Shown here one piece after another: positions 53,690 to 64,000 of a stretch of DNA of 64,000 nt. Positions within the stretch are counted from its first letter, which is position 1; each line of letters starts with the position of its first letter. The notes below the pieces were generated by a model. That model did no database searches and was not told the DNA's origin. It saw only the letters and a list, made by a program, of their open reading frames with translations. The stretch lies in assembly GCF_009914755.1 (NCBI RefSeq), contig NC_060933.1. One strand, written 5' to 3'. The translations under genes were made by a program, and so were the position numbers. The DNA is from the human T2T-CHM13v2.0 reference genome, Homo sapiens.

Positions 53690-56000
53690 ATTTATTTGAT
53701 CATATGCATGGCATAGTTTAAACAGTCAAATAAATAGTTCAAGATTTATTGTGAAAAAAATCTGTACCCAACTCCTATCTTCCCCCAATTTGTTACCTTC
53801 CAGAGTTAAATTTTTCAATTTTTTCAGCTGTTTCTTTTTGTATTTATCTCCCTATCATTAAATATTATGAATATACAGACCCTTGTTGATTTTTCAGTTT
53901 TGAGCATTACTGAATTCATACTACAGGAACTGGAGCTGCAGCTCTTTTTCACCCTCTCCACCCACCACCCACCTCTCCACCCACCCTTTCCACCCACCAG
54001 TTAGGGAATCCTAGCATGCTTCCCTAATTATATCACCAGTTTGGTAAGATCATTATCTAGTGTTTACATTACCACAACACTGCTGAGCCATGCAATATGC
54101 TATAATTATATTTCCTTTACAGTACAACTTTTTGATTTCCTTGGAAACAGCAATTATCTTGTTTTCTCATTGCTTGCTTTTAATCAAGTATATTTACCAC
54201 TCTTAATCCTCAAGCTCTCCGCTAGTGTCTAAATCTTCCTTCACTTCATTTTCCTGGAGACTTTGATCTGCCCCACTCTGCCCTGGTTGCTCTCTGAGCA
54301 TGCTGTCATCATGAAATCTCCCTTTATCACCATGGTAGTAATTCTTTTTACACATCTCTTATGTTAAATGTCCTGTCCCCTGGTTTCTTTGTCTGACACC
54401 TTGATTTACTGGTACATTTTGGAGGAACACATTCTCCAGGAACTCAGTGAGAGAAAGCTCATGGTAGGTAAATATTTTGTGTATTGTATATCTGAAAAGG
54501 CCTTTTATTCTACACTTGCCCTTGATTAATATTTGACTGATATGGAAATCTATGTTGGATATTATTTTTCTTCAGAAGTTTGAGGGCATTGCTCTACTGT
54601 GTTATAGCTATTATATTAAACTTGAGAAATCCAGTGCTATTTTGATTTTTAATCCATTGTCTTTCCTTTTTCTTCTCTGGAAGCTTTTAGGACCTTTGAC
54701 TTATCTTCAGTGTTCCTCTGTTTTACAATAATGGATCTTAGTGTGGGACTCTATCTTTATTATATCGGACACCTGATGGACCCTTTCAGTCTGAACACTT
54801 GTGTCCTTTAATTCTGGAAAAGTTTTTGAATTACTATTTAGTAACCATTCTGGTTATTTTTACTACTGAATTGATCCTTTAATTATTCTATTTCCCCTTC
54901 TCCTCCCCAGTTTTTCATCTCTTTATTTTGTTCTACTTTCTGGGAAATTTCCTTGACTTTATCTTCCAGTCCTTTAGTTCTACCATTATATTTTTAATTT
55001 CCCAAAACTTTTGTTTGTATTTTCCAAAGATTCTCTCTTGTAAAAATACATCCTAGTTATGTTTCATGGATACCGTATCTTTTTAAACTTAGGTTTACTG
55101 AGGTATAATTTATACACAGTAAAACTCACTCCTAGTAGATATACAGTTTGATAAGATTTGACGAATATATACAGCCATGTAACCACTATCACAATCAAGA
55201 TTGAATATTTCCATCACCCCAAAGAGTTTTTTGCAGCCCTTTGTAGTCAAACCTCTCCCCTTATCCCCAGCCCCTGGAAACCACTCATCTGCTTTCTGCT
55301 CCCATAGTTTTGCATTTTCCAGAAAGTTATATAAATGGAAGCATACAATATGTCACCTTTTGCTTCAAGCTTCTTTCACTCAGCATAATAATTTTGATAT
55401 ACATTCTTGGTGTTGCATGTATCAGTAGTTCAGTAGTTGTTCCTTTTACTGCTGAGTACAATTTTATTGTGTTGTCGATATACCACCATTTGTTTATCTA
55501 TTCACTGGTTAATGAAAATTAGATTTTTCTTCTAGTTGTTGGCTATTGTAAAGAAAGATACTGTGAACATTCATGAACAAGTCTGTATGTTTTCATTTGT
55601 CTTGGGTAAACAGCTAGGAATGGGATTGCTGAGTCATATGATACGTGTATGTTTACCTTTATAAGAAATGGCCAAATCATTTTCCAAAATGCCTGTTCCA
55701 TTTGCACCACTGGCAATGCATGAGGGCTCCAGTTTATCTGTATCTTCACCAATACTTGGTACTGTCAGTCTTTTCCATTTTAGCCATTCTACTCTATCTT
55801 GTTAATCTCTATTAGGATATTACTGATATATTTTAAAAAGTTTTCTTCTCCCTGTATAATTTTTGTTTCCTCCAGGTTTCTCTTTACTTTTTGTTTATTT
55901 TCACCTCATCTCAAATACATTCCTCAACATTTTGGTGATCCTTGGCTTTCTGGCATATTTAAGAATGAGGCACTAAAAATCTGCTGGGAGCTCTGAGCCT
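53690..56000 (-). mobile_element. Ancient L1M fragments with nested L1MB/MC-like 3' end (about 55080-55795)
   Basis: TTTACTGAGGTATAATTTATACACAGTAAA...CCATCACCCCAAA...GGATTGCTGAGTCATATG. Confidence 0.7.
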
Positions 56001-57390
56001 GCTGTGGGTCTTCTCCATGGGCCTTACTCTAAGGGCTTCTGGCTAGGCTGTTCTGTTCTTTCTTGTTGGGCTGATCATATTCCTCAGGAAAAGAACTTTC
56101 AGGTTCTTGCCTTAGCATTATCTGGCCTACAGGGAAGACAGCTTTGCTTTTTTTCCAAATAGTATGAGCAATGATTCTGGGTTTCAGCCTCATTGCCTGG
56201 TTTATACTGTATGTCCATCTTTGAATCAATTGCTCTGGCTAGAAGATGGAGGACGCTGATTGCGCAGACCTAGGTCACCTCCTTAGCCTTGGGGAGGTGG
56301 GATTTAGCCATACCCAGACCCCATGAACTGAGATGGGGAAGGGAGTTTTTCTCCAATAGAAATCCCAAATGCTGTATCCAGAGGAAGAGGAAATGTGTGC
56401 TGGGCAGGCACAATCAAGAGATGTTCACTATTGGAGGATTGTGTGTTGTATTGGTGGAAAATAAGTGGAAAGCAATATCTTTCAGATATTTCAGCTAGGA
56501 GGATTACATGCTGTTCCACAAATGTGCCTTATGTTCTACCTCAGGCTCTGTTCCCTTGCTCATAATGTTCCTTCGATTTAGATGGGCTTCCCACTCCAAA
56601 CCCAAACACTTGCCAACTTTATATTATTCCGTCAAGTTCCACCAGAAATGCTGCTTCTTCCTTGAAGCCTTATGTGTGGTTATTGCTTCTCTGAAGCCAT
56701 TGGATATAATTATTTCATCAATGTGCATTGTTTAGTCTTACCACTGCAGTCATTCATTTGCAGCTTTGACTCATCCCACTACTAGATTACCAGCCCAGGA
56801 ATGTAGAAACTATGTGCTTTGCATCCCTTCAATATGATCCCTTCATTTCCTAGCAGAGCAGCTCCATATTGCATACTCCATAATGTTCATTGAACTGGAA
56901 AATACTATTCCTTGGCATGTATTTTGGTAAAATGTGCTTGTTTTTATATGCTTCAGTGGTTTATAGTGTTTAATTATATACTTGGCAAAGTCCAAATGAT
57001 TGCAGAAACAAAGAACATTGCTAGAGCCCTTTAATGCTTTTGCATATATTCAGCTAAAGCTTTTAATACATGAAAAGCAACAGGCAATGAATCATTATTA
57101 TGTAGCTGATTTCTTTCTGGCAAACTTTTAGAAAAATTTCAGGTGAAAAAATGTATGTAACTAGATGATTGAATACATCTTCTGTATTCCTACCACAGTA
57201 ACTGGCACATAGTAGATGCTCAATAAATAGTAGTTCAAGCAAATATTGTTCTATATTGTATCTTTAAAACGATTGTAAATTTATATTTTTCTTCTGGGTT
57301 ATTAAATGGTGTTTCCTGTACTATTCAGAACAAAATACTCTGGGGAGAAGGTTCTGCAAATATTTAATATTGCTGTGTATCTATTTTTAG

Positions 57391-57581
57391 TTATGGGACC
57401 TTATGTGAGAAAAGTTCTGTGTGATGAGCTGGGGGCCCCAGCCAATTCTGCAATAAACTGTGTTCCCCTGGAAGACTTTGGAGGGCAGCACCCTGACCCA
57501 AACCTGACATATGCAATGACTCTTCTGGAAGCAATGAAAGGAGGAGAATATGGATTTGGAGCTGCATTTGATGCTGATGGG
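57391..57581 (+). pseudogene. PGM5P: PGM5-like exon 5 (MGPYVRKV...HPDPNL...AAFDADG) with dead 5' splice site
   Basis: TTTTTAG acceptor; exon must end at GAT GGG to join exon 6 in phase, but the next bases are ATAAGT, not GTAAGT. Confidence 0.93.
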
Positions 57582-58112
57582 ATAAGTAGGAAAGCTCTCT
57601 GTCTGCTGACCCTTTGATCATATAATGAGCCATGCACTGGAAAGCAGAGAATTAATGAACACATCTGGAGCTAACATGTATGGGGCATGTGTGCCCTAAC
57701 TGGCTCTGCATCTGCCCTTCTGTTTAATGACTAAGTATTGCAATTAAATAGCGATTACTTTTCTTAGTTCCAGATTTACATTATGGCATACAAAGGTTGT
57801 TTATTTAAAAATATATATTATTCAATAAATCTTTATTTATGGCTGGTGTTGTTGAAAGCACCAAGTTAAGAAATCAGCTATTTCTGCAAGAAGCAGTGTT
57901 CTCCATTATGTTTGGGAGAAAGAAAGAATTAGGTATTTGGGGGCTTCTAAAGCTTGAGCCACATTTCAACAGGTGGAACATATTCCTGGTGTGTCAAGAT
58001 TCTGGGCCCTTGGTACTCAGAGATTTTGAAGAATGTTTCCCATGTTCTCTTTGGCCTCATTCAAGTTGTTAGATTGTTAAATATAAGATGGCAGTAAAGT
58101 GGATTGTGATGA

Positions 58113-58331
<219 letters not shown>

Positions 58332-58459
58332 TAAGCAAGGATGTCACCGTGAAAAACTTTATGGTAGACCTTTGGCGTCAATGTCTCCTTTGTTGGTTGC
58401 TGGCGCTTATTCTCCCCTGCTCCATTTGGGAATGCGTTGAAAACATGGGAACATGATAT

Positions 58460-58700
58460 AGTGTATTGGGTAGAAGCTGGAGAATCAGGTGGCCTGAGCT
58501 TAATTCTTGGCTCTGCCACTTACTAGCTGTGGGAATTTAGATTTATTTAGTCTCTGTGCCTCAGTTTTCTTATCTGTAAAATGTGGATAATAATAGTGGT
58601 ATCTTTATATGGATTGTCATGAAGTACAAATGAGGTGCTTCATGTAGAACATTTAACATGGTGCCTGGTACATAGTAAATACTACATAAATGTTTAGCAA
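58460..58700 (+). mobile_element. MIR
   Basis: GGCTCTGCCACTTACTAGCTGTG...CCTCAGTTTTCTTATCTGTAAAATG. Confidence 0.8.
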
Positions 58701-59306
58701 CAGAACTTATTAACCTGAAAGTATGTATGTATAAGTGAGGGAAAAAAAGCATGGGTTTTGAGGTCAGATTATATTATGTTCAAATGCTAACTTATAGCCT
58801 TATTAGCGCTGTACAAATAGAAAAATGATACTTCATAGGTTTATTGTAAGAATGAAACGAGACAGTGCATGGAAAATACCCAACAAGAGATTCACTCAGT
58901 AGGGCTCTAACTAACCCTATTAGGTTTCATTCTTCTTGCTCTATCCATCCCTCTTGTCTATCACCCTATATTATAAAACATTGAATTTCAGAGTCTGACA
59001 TTTTCAACCAGCACGTGTTATTATAGAAACAGTGTATGTGCCTGGTGGAAAGTTAGAAAACACAAATAAGAGAATGTAAACATCATATCCCCTACCTTGG
59101 GTTACCTATGTTAATAGAAAAACTTATATTCCTTACTGTATCTCTTTCTATACATATACGTTATACACATATAATTAAAATACATAATATAATATACATA
59201 ATATATATATACATATATAATTTATTTGCCTGTGATAATACCAAAGACATCAAAAAGTACATTGCTTGTAACCTGCTTTTTCTTTTCCATCAACAATTGC
59301 CAACTA

Positions 59307-59489
<183 letters not shown>

Positions 59490-59490
<1 letters not shown>

Positions 59491-60110
59491 CACACCAAAT
59501 GTTGATTAGGATAGGAAGCAACCAGAACTTTCATACATTGCAAACAAAAGTGTAGAATGGAAGACAGTTTGGCAGTTTCTTGTAAAATGGAGCCTACAGC
59601 TGACCAACATTCCATTCCTAAATATTTACCCAAAAATAATGGAGATGTGTCCACAAAAGACCTGTATAATAATATACATAGTTGCATGATTCATAATAGC
59701 TAATAACTGGAAACAATACAAATGTCCATCAACAGGAGATTGCAAAAATAGTGATATATTTATATATTCGTATACTACACAATAACAAGAAGGAATGAAA
59801 TACTGACACATGCAGTGGGTGTGGATGAATAAAAAAAAATTAAATGATAAAAAGCCAGTAACAAACAAATACATAATATATAATTCCATTTCTGTGAAGT
59901 TTCAGAACAGGTAAACATATATGTGGCAATAGAAATTATTACAATGTTACTGTATGAGGGGTAGGAAGAAGGCACCGGGAAACATTCTGAGGTGACGGGA
60001 ATGTTCTGTGTCTTAATCTGGGTGGTGGTTACATGGATGTGCACACTTTTCAAAACTCATTGAATTGTACCCATAAAATGCATTTCACTGTATATAAATT
60101 TTACCTTATG
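59490..60110 (+). mobile_element. Ancient L1M 3' end
   Basis: AACTGGAAACAATACAAATGTCCATCAACAG...TCAAAACTCATTGAATTGTAC. Confidence 0.72.
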
Positions 60111-60167
60111 AATGAATCAACACCATGAAAAAATAGCCACAAAATCCAGAAGATGAGATTCTATGGG

Positions 60168-60377
<210 letters not shown>

Positions 60378-60477
60378 CTAAATGAGATACTACATTGGGC
60401 AAACCATTCAAAAAAGACATTCTGGAGACACTGAGGGAAAATTTCAGTATGATCTTAGTTTCAGATGACATAAAAAT

Positions 60478-60779
60478 TATTTATTTGTTTATTTTAGAGA
60501 AAGGGTCTCACTCTGTTGCCCAGGCTGGAGTGCAGTGGTACGATCATAGTTCACTGTAACCTTCAACTGCTGGGCTCAAGCAATCCTCCCAACTCAGCCT
60601 CCTGAGTAGCTAGGACTACACATGCGCCATCATACCCAGTTAATTTTAAAAACATTTTTTGTAGAAATGAGATCTTGCTATGTTGCCTAGGCTGGTCTCA
60701 AACTCCTGGCCTCAAGTGATCCCCCTGCTTCAGCCTCCCAAAGTGCTGGGATTATGGGCATGAGCCACTGAACCTGGCT
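60478..60779 (-). mobile_element. Alu (AluJ-like)
   Basis: Full-length antisense Alu. Confidence 0.9.
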
Positions 60780-60789
60780 ACTTTTAATC

Positions 60790-61630
60790 TTATTAGTATC
60801 TTTTGATGAGCAGAAGTTTTAAATTTTGATGAAGTCTAGTTTATTTTTCTTATAATTAATGGATTATATGATTATTATATATGTCTTTGTCAACTACAAG
60901 AAATTTTTGCTTCCTCCAAGGTCAGAGAGATATTTTCTCTATATTTTCTTCTAGAGTCATTGCAGTTTCAACTTTTACATTTATGTCTAGAATGATTTTG
61001 AATTAATTTTTGAGCACGGTATAAGGTAGGGGTCGAGGTTCACTTATTTCCCTTATCCAGTTTTTCCAATCCCATTTTTAAAAAAGAATTTTCTTTCCCC
61101 TGAATAGACTTGGCACCATTATTAAAAATCTGTTGGCCATATATATGTAGATCTATTTCAGGATTCTCTATTCTATACCACTGATCCATTTGTTGATTCG
61201 TATGTAAATATTACACTGAAATTAGGTGAGCTTCCCAACATGTTTTTCTTCTTTGTCAAATTAAAGGGAAATTATATATTCTAGGTCCTCTGCATTTTAT
61301 TTCATTTTAGAACCAACATCTCAATTTCTACCAAAGCCTACTGGGATTTTGATTGGGATTATGTTGAATCTATAGAGCCATTTGGGGAGAATAGTATTTT
61401 AATAATCTTGAATCTTCCAATCCATGAATGTGGTATATCTCTCTATTTAGGTTTTCTTTAATTTCTCTTACATGTATTTCATAATTTTTAATGTAGAGAT
61501 CTTATACAATTTTTGTCAAATTTATTTCTGAGTATTTTCTTTTTTTTGACGCTATTATAAATGTTTTATGAATTTAATTTTCCAATTATTTGCTGCTGGT
61601 GCTTTTTTGTAAATTGACCTTGTATTCTTC
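60790..61630 (-). mobile_element. Ancient L1M ORF2 fragment
   Basis: TTTGATGAGCAGAAGTTTTAAATTTTGATGAAGTC...CTTCCAATCCATGAATGTGG. Confidence 0.75.
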
Positions 61631-64000
61631 ACTAGAGGGGAGAAGAATCACCTACCTTTTGGATGCCTCCCACTCTACTTGTCTCCCTGAGGTGATATGG
61701 ACCTTAAGTCCACGATGGTGACCTAAACTCAGTTTAAAATTCTTGCCTAGCAGCACCAAAGAGTGGTATGTGATTCCATGTTTTCTCCCATTTACCTTTG
61801 CCTACACCCTTCCTTTTAAAAAAAAAAAAGACTCCGTAGAATTGTAGGGAACAAAGCAAAAATGGGACCATTTCTAGAAATTGAGAACTCAGAGTCATAT
61901 AGAATCCTGAGTGATACGTAGGGTGTTTAATAATATGGGAGTATACTTAACCCTTCCACTTATACAGAATCTTATAATTTAGAAATAATTTGTAACATAT
62001 CAACTCACTTGATCTTTGCAATAATTTTATGAGGTAATTGAGATAGGCATTACTCTCCTCATATTAAAGATGTTGAACCAATGATCAGAGAGCTTAAGTG
62101 ACTTGTACAAGGTCACACAGTGAATTAGAAATTGACTCAGGATTTGAAACTAGGTCTTCTGATAATAGGGTACTACTGTATCTGCCCAATAACTATAATT
62201 GGATCAAAAGGGTCCCTGATAAACCAGTTGAGAATATTGTCCCCTGTGGGCTAGCAAATAACTTTCCAAACCATGGCTAGGGGAGGCTGGTTTTACTCTG
62301 ACAACAAAAACCATTTGTCCTTGTTTCTTGTGGAAATTTCCCAGCAGTTCTTGATTTCACTTTACCCCTCCTTCTCAATAAATCTCTGTTTCAGTCAGAA
62401 ACCAGAGGCCTTGCTTAGAAATTTCACAAAGGACCTGTTCTGATATGTAAGTGACCATTTAAAAGGATTATTCATGCTTGCTGGTTGGGAATCAGAATTC
62501 TGTGGGGCTCTGACGTGGTGCTTTGTTCTGGGTATTTGATCTGTTGTGTAGGTCCCAGGTGGATTCTCATGATGGACACTTTATAAGCTTCTTTCTTCCT
62601 AGGTAAAATCAATGCAGCTTCAAAATTTTGACCTTGACAGTGGTTTCCCATATAGCTTATTTTTTTTTAATTAGTAAAATTATAGGAATGTGCCCATAAA
62701 TGCCAGGCCCTGGAATAATAACAACTGAGGACACAGTTGAGACCCATTAAATGACACACTTGCCTAAACTCCTGGGATTCCAGAATAAGGGGAGGCCTGT
62801 ACCCTTGAGGCTGATGAATTATTCAGACAAACTTTCATTGTTCACAGATAATTGTGGTTCCCCAAGGGAAGATTTTCAGTGTCTTTAATTTCTACTCTTA
62901 CAGTGTCACTAAAACAAGGATTCCATTTAGCCCAGAATAATACAGTTTCAGCCTTGAAAATGGCATTCTTTTGGGGCTTTGTCATTCTAAATGTGTCTGA
63001 TTTGTGGTTGCAGATGAATCTGTGTTGCTGAAACATTTTGGTTCAAATGATTTCAGAAGTAAAACACATTGAAAGTATGTTTGTGGCCTGAGGTCCATCT
63101 CCACCCCATGTAGAGGTATTAAATAATCCTTTGTGTCATCATCCTTCAACAATATTTATGAAGCACCCATCTGTGCTTGGGGCTGTGCCGAATTCTGTGC
63201 AAAACAAGGCAAACACACACAGCCTGAAGCCCTATTCACTAGACATATTTACAGTCTCAAACACGGCTAGCATCCTTGAATACATCCCAAGAAGGTAGAT
63301 CTAAAAAGTATGTTTTGACTATGAAAAAGGCCATCCAAGGTCCACCACCCATAAACAGGGTGGTGAATGGATTAGTGCTCATCTACCCTCTATTTGCTCT
63401 TATGCCACCCCTATGGTTCACCATGTATCCACTCAAGAAATATTTATTAAGGACCTCCTATGTCCTAGACACGGTCCCCGTGGCGGTGCTTTCAGTCTAA
63501 TGGGGAAGACAAAGAATAACAAGTAAGGGAAACATACAGAAACACAAATTGTAACACAGGCTAGTGGAAATGAACTTGGTGCAGTACTCATTGGTGGGCA
63601 TCGAGCATCTTGCTTAGATAGGAGATCCAGGGAAGGACTCTTGGAGGAGATTAGGCATAGGACCAAAGATCAGAAACAGGTATCTGGACCTGACTGGGAT
63701 GCTGGGATTAGAAATGACACCCACACATGTGAAAACACTTATTCCTCAGAAGGTAGTCTACAGCTATTTGTTGCCAATTCCCAATCTAAAATATGTACTA
63801 TAGCTTTATCTTGAACATACTCAGCTGATCGTTGGAATCCAGACAGTGTTAATCCTCCAAGTATGCAAGTATCTACTGATCTCTGGTGATCTCGATTCTT
63901 ACCACGTCCTTTAGATCTGTGCTGTTTCATCTCCCAGATCAGTCATGATGGATGACAGTGGCGGAAGAGATAGTGATGTGAGCTCATATGTAATTACTCA

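Overview
Primate, very probably human, genomic DNA (Alu, L1, MIR, L2, MaLR/ERV and MER repeats, plus one L1HS-type element). The window holds the CpG-island promoter and exons 1-6 of a PGM5 (phosphoglucomutase-like protein 5 / aciculin) paralogue on the + strand. Introns are kept and the exons splice into an uninterrupted frame. Two lesions mark it as a duplicated (unprocessed) PGM5 pseudogene copy: the initiator ATG is ATA (22492-22494) and the exon 5 donor is AT instead of GT (57582). Which PGM5P locus it is cannot be fixed from sequence alone. Most notable: (1) the first ATG downstream is in-frame Met62 in a strong Kozak context, so a truncated product remains possible; (2) a 5'-truncated L1HS Ta-0-type insertion ends about 150 bp before exon 3; (3) four local non-tandem duplications, one of them a two-piece templated insertion inside an LTR; (4) a tail-to-tail inverted MLT1 pair joined by a perfect palindrome; (5) candidate minus-strand exons of a divergent antisense lncRNA. 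I found no convincing wholly new biological system. Apart from the PGM5 exon and L1 ORF2 frames, the supplied ORFs look like repeat or chance frames. Repeat subfamily names and PGM5 reference residues are from memory and need RepeatMasker/BLAST confirmation.
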